Below are positions 48,810-61,382 of a stretch of DNA of 64,000 nt, piece after piece. Position numbers and translations under genes: made by a program. Positions within the stretch are counted from its first letter, which is position 1. Each line of letters starts with the position of its first letter. Source of the stretch: Xylographa opegraphella. Lineage: Eukaryota. The notes under the pieces are model-generated. The model saw only the letters and a program-made list of their open reading frames with translations, had not been told where the DNA came from and ran no database searches. Location of the stretch: the NCBI GenBank assembly GCA_022813865.1, contig JALDZX010000002.1:558001-622000 (forward strand). The letters run 5' to 3'.

Positions 48810-51532
48810 TCAATGTCCAATCCCGCCCGCGACCCACTGTCCGTGATCCGGATGGCCCGGTGGCGGGAAGAATCCCCCGTCCAGCTGCTGCCCTGGCATG
48901 ACCGGTCCTTCAACACCAGCCTGCCGGTTCGCTTGTGGCTGCTGCTGCTGCTCCTGCTGCTGCTGATCCACAGCTCGGCGGTGGTTTTGACGACGCACCT
49001 GCCGATAATATACAAGGAATGCAAGAGTGCCGGCGATAACGAGGATGATAAGACTCTCGACCATGCCTTCGTCGACTTCGTCGTAGTAGTCGTCCCCGCC
49101 CGTCATAGGGTCATGCATGCTGGGTTCGAGGATCTCGTCGTCGTTATCGGAGTGGTAGTAGGGGTGTTCGTCTTCGAGGAAGTTGGCGAGCCAATCGCTC
49201 CATGTGCGGTAGGTTTTTGTTTCTGCGGATCGATAGTCAGCTGGCGTTTCAGCTTTTCATGAAATTTAGCATGCTCACCGGGATCGGGCTGGATGGAATT
49301 GATTTTTCCATTAGTGATGGTGTTCCAGAAGCTCCGCATTCGAAGCTTGAGAAGGCTCAGCTTGACCGGCAAATACGACTCCTGGTTTGTTTCCAATGCC
49401 AGGTCATAGTATCGTTTCGCAAGATGGTAATCCTGATCCACACCGATGCCATTCTCATGCATCCAGCCTAGATTCCACATGGCCTGAGCACTTTGCTGGC
49501 CACTTTGATGCATCTCTTGGGCCGTTTGATAGCAAGCTGCAGCCTTTTCCATATCGGCTTCAACTCCATAACCACCTAGGTAGTAGTCACCCATCTTGAC
49601 CATAGAATCAACATTCGATTGTTTTGCTGAACGTGTCCAATAGATGAGTGCCAAGCTCGCGTTACGCAGGAAGGAAGATGCCTTTTTCTTCCAAGGAATC
49701 AACGAGTCGAGGGAAACAATCGATTTGTGCTCGTCGAGAATGTAGGCCACGTTGGCTTGGGCGACCTCATACCCTTGCTCAGCAGCCATCATGTATCCGA
49801 TCAAAGCCATCTCCTTGTCTCCACTGTCATAAGCCCTGTTCGCTTCTTCGAATGAACTATGTAGAGCTTCTGTTTTTTCTGCCACTACTTTATATGAAGC
49901 CGTTGCCACAGGACATGATCGTTCTCGACCAACACCATTATTGTTGATCTCCGCCAAGTGGTAGTGAGCTTCAATATGTCCATGACGATATGCGAGTTCG
50001 AAATATCGCATGGCAGGTCGCAAATCACCTTGATCTAAGAAAAGCTTACCAAGATGTACTTGGGCAGCAGGCCAATCCTGCTCTGCAGATTCTTTAAAGT
50101 AATCTGCAGCTACTCCGGCATCTTTGCGGACACCAAGACCAAGCAAATACATCAGTCCCATTTCGTACTGGCAAAACGAATCTCCGTTCGCAATTCCTCT
50201 TCGGAACCATATGATAGCCTTTTCATAATTCTGTTCGACGCCCTCACCACGCAAGGACATTCGACCTAGATAAGCTGCCGCCTTCGACGCAATCTTTCCG
50301 ACTCCGCTGGCGTCTTCGGAGATGAGGGATCCATCCTTGATATCCCAGTACTTTCGAGCCACGATCAAGAAGTATTTTCTCGCTGTCCGAAAATTTCGCT
50401 TAAGGGTTCGTGAACCCTCGTAATGCAGTCGTCCGAGACTATAGGTAGCTTTGAGGTCGCCTTTTCGAGACATGAGATCCAGATACTCCAGTACGTCGTC
50501 CAAAGCGGCATGCTGATCCGAGCTGGGTCCACCTTTATTGGCATATATCCCGGAGCTCACGACGCTGGCGCCTTCTCCGTAAACACCGCCCTCTTCGTCG
50601 GCCAGTCGATAAGCTTCTCTTTGCAAAGCCATACCGCCTGGCGGCCCTGATCGTGAAAAGTCCATGGCTTTATCAGCTACCCGTTTGTAGTACCGAGCGG
50701 CCTCGTTACAATCTCTGGGAGTACCAATCCCAGCATGATGCCGGAAGGCAGTCGTCATTTCAGACCTTGTATTCCCCGCACGTGCTGCAAAAGTATGGTA
50801 CATCAAGGCCTTTGCCTGGTCTCTCTCGACAGCCCCTCCAATACCAGTCGCATACATAAAACCGACCATATGCTGTGCAGAGCTATTCCCGGTCATAGCC
50901 GAGAGCTCGTGATATCTGCGGAATGCCTCCTTGTAGTTTTTCGGATGTGTGAAATTGCCATAGAAGTTCATTTCAGCCAGCAGAAAGATTGCATCGGAGT
51001 TATTTTCTCTTGCAGCGCTTTCCAATAATCTAACGGCCTTTGCTAATGGTTTGCTGAGTTTTGTGCTTTCAAACTGCGGATTGAGGTAGCCATCCTGTTT
51101 CGGACCGTTCAAAAATAGGAGGATGAAAGCTTCTTTGGCATAATATGCTGTAGTGCCTACAAACCCCGAAGTCTTGTCGAACCGTACGAGTCGCTGGAAT
51201 GGGGTCTCGATCGAATGTAATTCGGACAAAGCGTCTTGTACTTGAATCGCCGCTTCTTGTATTCTTATCAGCCTCTTGACATGTACCTGAAAGACAAACC
51301 TACCTTGACTACCATTAGTCCCGTCAGTGTTTGGCCATGGAGAGACGCTTTTCGAGTGATCGTTGTGTCCTGCATGCTTGCTCTCCGCAGCCTTTGGCTG
51401 TTGGGCATCAATCCTGAAAGCCAATAACCATGAGACAGCTGTTTTATTTTGTTCAGTAAGCAATATGATCAACTTGTTTGAGAGGCGCTTACTGCACACG
51501 AGCAGCCAAAGCCGCCGTATATTACGATGCAT
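48810..51532 (-). CDS. HRD3: ERAD Sel1-repeat protein Hrd3/SEL1L, multi-exon
   Basis: Multiple SLR repeats (GFMYATGIGG, AAEQGYEVAQANVAY, KMGDYYLGG, NLGWMHENGIG) and a C-terminal TM segment SLIILVIAGTLAFLVYYR. Confidence 0.93.
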
Positions 51533-52315
51533 GTCGCCAAACGAAGTGACACTCACGCCGAGAGCATCGATGAGTCCTATGCGAGGGATATGAGCTTCAC
51601 AAGAAAGCACATCTCTGATATTGCCGAAGAACCATAGTGTGGAGGGACATGGCACGACGAGGATGGTTCCGGCGAGGAAGCAACAATGATGCCAGCTATC
51701 AACGCAATAGGATCCAGATTCTCGCTGAAAAGTTTCCCCGAACCACTATGAGCCATCATCCACTAACCTTCATCTCACATATCGCATCCCGTTCTGTCCA
51801 CAACCGAATGATTCAAGTATCATCTGAAGGAGCTAAATCTGAAAATGGTGGATTCTACTCATCTCTATGATTTTATTATCTGTCTTCCTAATAATCTATA
51901 TTGTCCTCCGCAACTCTCACGGTGCCACCTCGCTCGCTGCAACATTCCCTACGGTTTGATGATCAAGTATTGCTCATCCCGACAAGCACCAAAATTTTTG
52001 ATATTCTATCTCTGAAACTCGTTGAGGCAGATATAAGTCGTTGTCAACTAGGAACCACAGCTCTTGAAAGCGACGCTCATATTCTCATTCATTAGATGTA
52101 TAAACCCAAAATGTTTTAATGATACAAGAAGTCTAAACGAAAAGCTTTCTAGCCGTACCAGTGATAAGAACCATCACACTGATCGATCATGAATCGAAAT
52201 CCCCGAAATCGTTTCATCCATCGTTTTTATCATCATCCATGTATGAAAGCCTCTCCCGGTACTTGAGACCCTCGGATGTGAGATAGGAGCACCACGGCCC
52301 AGTGACGCATGACCC

Positions 52316-53110
52316 TCACCACCCTCTGATAATGGGTGGTCTCGATCTCGACCTCGAATAACGCCGGTGATAGTCATCCCAACTGTCGTCCGAGTCATAG
52401 GCCAATCGACCTCGCGCGCTCGAATGCCGTCGCTCCCGATGCCTACGGCCGCTGCGATAACTGTCGTCATCACTGCTGGAGTCGCTGGAATAGATGGCGT
52501 CTCCCCTAGGCCTCCGTTTCTTAGACTTTGATCGACTCTTGCTCGAGTGCCTGGTTGTGCTTGCGATGCGTACCTTTGGTCTCGGCTCGATGATTTCGTA
52601 CATGATATCATCGTCCGAGTCGTGGCCGGTAATGTCATGGATTTCATTGTGGTGAGGGGCCGCTTCGATCATACGTGGCTCACGGAAAGGCAACTGTTGT
52701 GGACCACGATACGGGGGAGAAAGAGGGATTTGCTCGGAGTAGTCTCCCGGGTGCTGCCCGGGATGCTGCCCGGGGTACTGTCCGGGGTACTGCCCGGGGT
52801 GCTGTCCGTAGGGAGGGAGTTGCTGTTGCGGTGGGAAATGCGGCGGTTGCTGCCCGCCGGGTGGATACTGCAAATATGGTTGATGGTGGGGATAGTAACC
52901 AACTTGCGGATACTGGTAGACAGGCACGTTGTATTGTAGGGGCACTGTGATGTACCTCTTCTGGGTAGTCCGCACGAGATCCCATTCATCCGTGTTTGTG
53001 GTCGTCTTGGACCGGACGAAGTCCAGCCGCTTGTATCGCGGTTCACCAGCATATCGCTGACGGCGCTCACGAATCTCCACTCCGCCAATAAGCTGTGGTA
53101 AGAATGGCAT
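52316..53110 (-). CDS. Hypothetical low-complexity protein (PGQY/PGQH repeats, Arg/Ser/Asp-rich tail)
   Basis: 264-codon ORF with coherent composition and a TATA-like element upstream. The 3' end may be extended by an intron. Confidence 0.6.
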   Translation of the reverse strand: MPFLPQLIGGVEIRERRQRYAGEPRYKRLDFVRSKTTTNTDEWDLVRTTQKRYITVPLQYNVPVYQYPQVGYYPHHQPYLQYPPGGQQPPHFPPQQQLPPYGQHPGQYPGQYPGQHPGQHPGDYSEQIPLSPPYRGPQQLPFREPRMIEAAPHHNEIHDITGHDSDDDIMYEIIEPRPKVRIASTTRHSSKSRSKSKKRRPRGDAIYSSDSSSDDDSYRSGRRHRERRHSSARGRLAYDSDDSWDDYHRRYSRSRSRPPIIRGW

Positions 53111-56100
53111 GGCGCCGGTGTAAGAACAACCTGGTGAGAAACGAATAGGATGTCACTCTCCAAAGCAAGAAGCAGGTTTCACGATAGCGAGGCTTCGAAG
53201 TGACAACACAGAAAGTTGTGCTGGGTATGTATGGTCAGAGAGGTATATATGGACGGCTGTTAGATGGATGATTCACGAATAAGAGGGCTGGGGCCTAAGA
53301 TTCCGAAGCATGCGGCAGGGGTGTCAAGCCAAGGACCGAATGTAATGGAAAGCCATCAACAGAGCCTTGCAGGTCATATATACCAATCTCAGCTTTCACG
53401 ATCCCTCCACTACGCGGCAAGTCCCCAGAAGGCACAAGGCAACCATTGCCTAAAAGACGAAGCGGGCCTTACCGAAGAGAGGGAGCCCTCGGGTTCGCGA
53501 AAGAGCGCTTCGTTCGAACGAAGGTGACACGGGGATATGGCAACAGTGCCATTACTCTGCACTCCGGCCAATATTACTCAAATGCTTCTGGACCAAAAGG
53601 TGAGAACTGGACGGGGAAGGTCGTGGAGAGCAACGATGATGCCAGGGTGGAGGGAGGGGTGGCGCAAGGCGCAGCGGCCTGGCACTAAAGATAACGAACG
53701 AACGGCCCCCAAAGCCCACCCACCCCATGTCACAAGGCTGCCTGCCTGTCAAGGGCGGGACAAGTTGTTCCCAAAAGAGCAGTTGCTGTGGTCGCTGCAA
53801 GTCCGCGTCACTGGGTATTACTGTTGAATTGGGAATGTATGTTGCAGTTGCTTACGAGCTTACCTCTGAAGTGCAACTCTTACCGACGCTGCTCGCCAAG
53901 AATCAGCCAGGATAAGGTAGTCCCGTGTCGACCAATGAACATCGCGCATTTCAGCCGCAAGCCCCAAAATAGTTAGGCGTCATAACGCGGCTGTGGGTGA
54001 GTCAATTCGAATGCAATAATGTTGGAAGTCATGCCCGTGACCACCGCGAAAGCCATCATTGCTACTGGAGAGCCCTCGAGACTCGACGTGATAGAGAGGT
54101 AGGACATTGGCACATCTGCTTGTCTTTTCGGGCTTCACCGCTGCGCAGACCGCGAAGACTCATTCTCTCCCTCCTTTACTCATGCGATCTGTTTTTGCTG
54201 TGCATTCCGAAGAATAACTTACCCACTTGTATCTTTCTTACTTCCCGGGCCTGGGTCTTTGCACATCTGTTGCCTGTCACTTGGATCCAGTCACCACACA
54301 TATTGAAAGCGCACCACCGCAAGACGACCAGCTTCCGTTTACAGCCGCCATACATTTTCACTTGTCTTCACCGACTCCCCATGGGTGAACGTGACCGGAA
54401 AGGCTTGGTACTCCATTCGAGCAATTTGACCATTATGACGAGTTATAATCACATGGCTGCGAAGCGATGCACATCTTGCAGATGATGCGCATGCCGCTTC
54501 GCCTACCGCTTGTGGCCGGAAAGACCCGAGCCTCGACAGCCTTGCGTCTCTTCTCCCCTCCCCACTGAACTCGGACAGTGTCTTTCTTTGCCTTCTTGTC
54601 CAGTGCACTCTCCTCCTGAAGAAATGGGCGAACCCGTTGCCTTGTCCCACGCTATGGTCTCTTCCTCCAATAGGGAGCCATATTTCTCACCCGCATGCTA
54701 TCGCGAACTTCACACCGTTCAATCCATTGACATGCTCGAACGTTCGCCCTTCGTCGCTATCGTCGATCACTGCATCGATCGAGAATGTCAAGCCCATTGT
54801 ACGGCTTCAATCAGCCAAGTCGGCTACTGTAACATACTTGCACGCTCTTCATACGCACACCCCATAAGTTCTACATCGTCGACACAGGCGCCTTTCGATA
54901 TACTGCGATACCATGTCCAAACCCGTTGTCTACGCTAACGGTGTCGTAGTCTCTCTGGAAGAGCCCAACTTACAAATCCCGGCTGCGGGTTCTTGAGTGC
55001 TTCGCCTCGTAACTGAGGCTCCGCGGTTTTGTTGGGACATCCGGACCCAACAGAGCCGCCAGCTTCCGAGTCCTTGGCACACACCTGCATTGGCTCACCC
55101 GTACGCAGTATTCGATCGTGCTTACACATAAGAGGTATTTGATGCTGTCTCCCGTTAGCCTACCTTACAGAAGCTTGCTCACTCATGTCGCTCAGGAAAT
55201 ATTCGTCACCAAAGCGGTATGCCATCTCCAGCCCTCCAGTCTCGACTTCTCATCCTCGAGTATGGGGCCAAACAGTGCAGCCATGTCTGTTCCCGACTCT
55301 CACCGCCCTCTCAATGCGACCATTGTCGTCCGACAGCGTGTCGATCGTTCTTGGTGAGCAGCCGTAAACTGTGTATCATTGTGAAAACAGCACTGCATGT
55401 GCTATAGCGGGACTGGATGGGCTACCATTGTCGTCCCGGAAGACGGAAGAGCTCTCGTTATCCTAGTATTACCTGACACGCCGGTGATGATAATTCCATT
55501 GAACAGGGCACGCGGAACAGTCGAACGGATATTATGCTAGGTACCGAGTAAGCAGCTCATGGAAGGTATCGGGTTGAATAGGACTCAGGAGTGGTCGGGG
55601 TATCTCCACGTGCAGCGATTGCCTTTCTGCTGTGTTTCGTCCCTTCTGGGGATAGTTGGAAGTACCATCAGCCACTCATGAAGGTCTGGCCCAGACTCCC
55701 GCATACTGCCTTAGATTTCAGGCTACGGATGATCCACTACTCGTAGGTACCTATGACCCCCTTCAAGTCTCCAAAGCCCAATGAACGAAATTAAAGAAGC
55801 AGACACACGCAACAAGAACAAACCACTCAATGGGCACGCATAGCCTCGGTGCATATGTGAAGCTTCTAGTCACCAGCGGCACAACGAAACAGCCTCGGGT
55901 GTACGGCTACAATGTTCTAGGCTGTATGCAGGACGGGCATTCCACAACGTGGAGCATGGATCCTCCTACATCGCCGTCAACCATTGTTTAGTCCTCATCG
56001 TCGGACTTGTGGTTGCGAACCGGCCACCACAGATCAAGCGCCTTGACGCATGGCTGCCCGAGCACACAAGCCAATTCCCAATTTCCTTACACAGGAGGTT

Positions 56101-58180
56101 GGAAGTCAACTGTGGCGATAGGTGGAGCCCTCACGGCTAAATGAAAATTGCATGTGCATATGCAGCCACCCTTCTTTTCCATGCATCTTCGTGGAGCAAA
56201 GCTTGGCCTCGCATACCTCCCTGTGTCATGCACGTTTCTGTCACCCGGTACAAGAAGTGTTGCGCTTCCTCCTCGGCCGTGCCTGAGGCCTCTCCTCCTC
56301 GATCGCATTTTACATTTCTTGCTCTCGCATTCGTCAATATCTCCTTGAAGCGCGAAAAAGGTACGGACAGGTCCACTGTTGGCTGTACAGTGATACTGAT
56401 GGCGACAGGGTGGGCTGTGTTTTGAACGCATGTCTGACTGGTTCTGAGTTCCTGGCTCGTTCGATGATGTCGACACTGTAAAGGTGCCAGGGACTGCCGC
56501 GCTGAAGGTGTAGGATATCATGACAAGGGAACTTGGGTTTATGAGCACGGCTGCTGATTTCAAAGCGCTATGACTCCAGACCATTGCCCTCCATTTATGT
56601 GTCAATCTCAAAATACGTTCTTCCTTTACCGTCGAGTTCAATCCGCCATCCCTGGTATCATGGGTATCAACGCATATCACACGTACCAATGATGGTATTT
56701 TTCACGCCCCTTTCGCCTTGAACTGGTGTTGGGATATTGTCGTTAACGGTTCCAACTGCGCTGAGCGTACCTGTGCCGATGGTCATCGCCGTGCCAAATA
56801 ATGGTGCTCCCATACTGCCTAGAAGAGCCAGCATCATGGAAGACCAGGTCAAGCACGAATTCAGCAATGACCTGCGACATTGTTGGGGGGGTCTCGAAGT
56901 CGGCCATGAATTGAGCATTGGGCCCAAGTAAAAGCGAGGTATTGGGAGAATGTGTAAGCATAAAGCAACACTGGTAAAGCGACTCTCCTCTCGACGTAAA
57001 CAGAAGTTTAACCTTGAGAATAGAGATGTATGGCACGAGGCTATAAGACGAGAGGTATCTCCGTACCTACGCTTTGAGAAAAGCCTGCTCCGTTGAGAAG
57101 CCAAGTGTGCAATGTCCCGGAAGCTTTCCATAGTAAAAAGGAAAAACAATAATTGCGAATTGAAAGACTACTACGAATGTAACATCATTTCTACAGCTCA
57201 AGTCACGGCATACCCGATCGCTCAGGCGCCTGTTGGGATAGGCGTCTATCGTAGCGATCTCGAGAGCCCGCGAAACGCATTGTGACCTGATACCAAGCCC
57301 AAACATAAATCTAGACGCTGAAAGCTTGGACTAGAAACGCCGCATTGAACGAAAAGTCTGGGATAGCTAGTACCTTAGTGATGCCGAATACACGTTCGTG
57401 GCTTTTTCATGTTGTGAAGTTTCCAAGAAGTTTGGATATAGTCGTCCATTCGGCTGAACCTACCCCCTCTCCAGCCTTTCGATGACCGCGCTTGAAAATT
57501 TCAAATTTCATCAATGCTGAGAAGAGGTTGTATTGCACTTCGTTGGTAGGTTCAATATGGCACAGATGCCAACATAGAAGCATTGATAGGCGTGGCGAGA
57601 ACCGTTCTTGCCTTTACAGCAAAAGTACTATCCTAGCAATACAAAATTTGCAATGACCCACTTCTGAGATAGTGTATGAGATGCGTGCGATTGTAAGTAG
57701 TACTGGTATCTCGAATTCTGTACGGAGTGAAGAGTAAATTATTTTCTTCGAGACCTCGCTCGAAATCGTGTGGTGGTTTTATCTCACACAAGCCAAGCAC
57801 TTTTAGCGCTCGGGCGGCTCATACGTGGCTCTGATTGGATAGGACCTCTGCCCTATCTTACCTACCATCATGGCGCTTATCTCCTAAATTCCTATTGAAT
57901 TTCTCCCGTTCACTTTCAATGAGCTCCACCAGGAGTGGATCAATGGTTGGAAGCCCGTACCATGGGCGCTTCTATGACCTGAAACAGTCCCTCAAACATG
58001 TGAGCGACCATGTTGATGCGCAGGATCATCGACGGCAGCGCTTGGCCAACAGTTTGGACGACACTGTACCAAGCTCATTTCTCACATATTAATTGATCTC
58101 AGAACTACATTCTGTCCAGCTTATGTGCCCTTTCCAGCGTATGCAGCTATATATACTAACATTGATACTGACACTATTCA

Positions 58181-58912
58181 ATGCATCACCTGCTAGGGCT
58201 ATCGTTCGTCGCACTTCTTGCCATTCGTGTCTCTGCTCAAAATATTGCCGATATCGATCCAACCACGATAAACACCTGGGCTCAAATGCAACTGGGTGGA
58301 AACAACCCACAGTACACCTTACAAGCATGCTTCCCCGTGGACAACTCTACCAATTATGGCGGCCGTAACATATCTGCCCCATGCAGTATGCTGGAGTACT
58401 TTTTTCACAACTGCACTTTCGGCATCACGATAGACATGTACTTTGCAAATCAGACACCCGAGAACGACGACCTTCCGGTTGCGACTCAACAGTCATGCTT
58501 CTGCTCGGACACCTACTGGGAATATGTGCACGGGTGCAACAATTGTTTCAAAGAGCACGGTGGTCCGGTAGATGCCGAGGGATGGATACCGGACCAATAC
58601 CTGAGTGCTCAATCATCTACATACTGCTCGAACCCAGCGACGACTCCGTTCAGTGCCTTCATCACCGAATGGAAGCCGGCAACGACGATCACTGCTCCTA
58701 ATGGCATGACAACTGCCGATCCTCTTGGAAAAAATAGCGCAATCAGCCTGTACTTTACCGCCAGCGTTACAGCAACCCTACCTACGCAAACGACTCCGGT
58801 AGGCTTCCCGACCACAACAGCGACTTCCACAGATACTGGAGGTGCTTCAACCCTTGGTCATCGTCCAATTTTGTGGATGTTCATAGTAGTGGGGATAGTG
58901 AGTCTGTGGTAG
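58181..58912 (+). CDS. Secreted, probably GPI-anchored Cys-rich cell-surface protein (resembles the N-terminal domain of Mcl1-like proteins)
   Basis: Signal peptide; AC...PC...C...QQSCFC...GCNNCFKEHG...YC; Thr-rich linker; GGAS plus a hydrophobic C-terminus. Confidence 0.8.
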   Translation: MHHLLGLSFVALLAIRVSAQNIADIDPTTINTWAQMQLGGNNPQYTLQACFPVDNSTNYGGRNISAPCSMLEYFFHNCTFGITIDMYFANQTPENDDLPVATQQSCFCSDTYWEYVHGCNNCFKEHGGPVDAEGWIPDQYLSAQSSTYCSNPATTPFSAFITEWKPATTITAPNGMTTADPLGKNSAISLYFTASVTATLPTQTTPVGFPTTTATSTDTGGASTLGHRPILWMFIVVGIVSLW

Positions 58913-59379
58913 ACACATTCGAGGCACATGCAGTATGAGCTTTCTTTCTGGAGACACTTTGTATGAAAGATAGTGATGATAGTAGCAAGTTACAATAGAC
59001 ACTCACCGTCACTGATCGGCATTTGGTCATGATGACGAGCTCCCTCAGTATGCGTTGTCCAATATCCGTGCTCTGGAAGGCTCTGGAAATCGTCAGCTTT
59101 TCGCGATACTTCCAGAGATCGAGACATTGAGAACAGTGCCATAAGACTTCTTATGAATTTCTAGATTGAGTTGAGCCACGGTCTTACTATAGATCCAGTT
59201 CGCGAATGGCTAGTATACTGGATCGGGCGCTTCTGTTTAGAGCTTCGCTAATCTGCCGCAGATCTACACGATCGGGGCTAGTGGCCACGCTACGTCATCC
59301 GATCTGAAATTCCAAATGGGAGGCGGCCGCCCCTTGTTAATGGTGATCTCAAGTCGCGTTCGCTTTTCCACGACCGCGC

Positions 59380-61382
59380 ATGTACACCCGCACTTTCCAT
59401 ATTGCCCCAAAGTGTATTGCCCTTGCACGAATCTCACCGTGTCGGCGGTTGGTGACTGCTGCAACGCCTCATCACTCACAATTGACGGTCCATCTACTAT
59501 CGCGCTGTTTCTGCGCGTTCTCCTTCGTCGCAATGCCCAATAAAGATGCGATCAATGCCAACAAGCGTAAAGCTACAGCTGCTGCAGCACCTTCTGCCGA
59601 ACCATCCAGCAAAAAGCCTAGAAACGGAGAGGATATTCCTGATGCGGAAAAGTATGGCATTGTCGACCGCAGATACTATCCCGCCGAGATGAAGAACGCG
59701 CGATGCAAGCAATACAACGAGGGTGGGCTGCCGCGCCCGGTGGAGCTTCTGGACACTGCGCTGAAAGAAACAAAGTCAGACCGTGAAGACGTCGTGGTGA
59801 AAGATGCGGTGGTGTATTGGTACAAGTGTGACTTGCGACTGCAAGATAATAAAGCACTGCATCTGGCGTCCGAGAAGGCGAAGAGCAAGGGCGTACCCTT
59901 GATATGTACCTACATCGTCTCTCCGCAGGACTTCGAAGCACACTTGACGAGTCCGGCACGGGTGGACTTCATTCTCCGAACTCTCGAAGTAGTCAAAGCC
60001 GATTTGGCGGAGCTGGATATTCCACTGTATGTCGAGACTGTCGAAAAGCGCAAAAAGATTCCCGAACGGGTACTTGAATTGTGTGAGAAGTGGGGCGCTC
60101 GCCATCTTTTTGCAAATGTTGAGTATGAGGTGGATGAGTTGAGGCGGGAGGCAAAAATGGTGCGCGATGGCTTGGCAAAGAATATTGCGTTCGAAGTTGT
60201 CCCAGATACATGTGTCGTGGCTCCCGGTGAGCTTGCGAGTGGTCAAGGACGACAGTACGCCGTGTACAGTCCCTGGTTTCGGTCATGGACTGCCTATCTG
60301 AATGCTCAGCCGAAGCACCTTGATCTCTTTGATGCGCCCTCTAAAAATCCCTCGAGTGCGCGCACAGCATTCAAGGACCTCTTCAAAAGCGACATTCCCG
60401 ATGCACCAGAGAACAAAAAACTCACCGGTGAGGAGATGAAGCGGTTCCGAAGCATGTGGCCGCCCGGCGAGCACGAAGCTCACGTTCGACTGAGCAAGTT
60501 TCTGAAAGAGCGAGTCAACAAATACAAAGAAGTTCGAAACTTGCCCGCCCACGGCGGAACCGCGATGCTGAGCGTGCATTTCGCATCCGGGACATTGAGC
60601 GCCAGAACAGCGGTCGCCAGCGCTCGAGACGCCAACTCCACCAAGAAGCTAGACGGCGGCAACCCGGGCATCGTGAATTGGATCTCCGAGGTCGCTTGGC
60701 GGGATTTCTACAAGCACGTTCTCGCCAACTGGCCCTACGTCTGGTGAGTCCCCCCTTCAACCAGCACCGCCCGCAGCAAATTTGCTGTTCTCACCGCCCT
60801 CAAAAGCTGACCTCATCCCTTCCCCTCTCTAGCATGAACAAGCCCTTCAAACCCGAATACACCAACATATCATGGGAGTACTCCACCCCGCTCTTCGAAG
60901 CCTGGAGCACGGGCCGCACGGGCTACCCCATCGTCGACGCCGCGATGCGGCAGCTCAACCACACGGCCTACATGCACAACCGGTGCCGCATGATCGTCGC
61001 CTGCTTCCTGGCCAAGGACCTCCTCCTCGACTGGCGCATGGGCGAGCGCTACTTCATGGAGCACCTCATCGACGGCGACTTCGCCAGCAACAACGGCGGC
61101 TGGGGCTTCAGCGCCAGCACGGGGGTCGACCCCCAGCCCTACTTCCGCATCTTCAACCCCTTGCTACAGAGCGAGAAGTTCGACCCCGACGGCGACTATA
61201 TCCGCAAGTGGGTGCCGGAGCTGCAGGCTGTCAAGGGGAAGGCTATCCATGATCCATATGGCCGCGGGGCGGCGGCGGAGGCGGAGAAGAGGGGGTACCC
61301 GCGCGTCGTAGTCGAGCATAAGGGCGCGAGGGAGAAGGCGCTGAGTCGGTATAAGGAGGGGCTGGGGCGGGAGACGTCGTAG
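59380..61382 (+). CDS. PHR1: Class I CPD photolyase (intron 60744-60832); second in-frame ATG at 59533
   Basis: WYKCDLRLQDNKAL, LSVHFASGTLSAR, WISEVAWRDFY, GRTGYPIVDAAMRQL, MHNRCRM, DGDFASNNGGW and YFRIFNP. Confidence 0.96.

Noticed and set aside
53200..58000. Numerous 60-200 aa ORFs
   Set aside because: No recognisable motifs or consistent splice models, and many begin at non-ATG codons.
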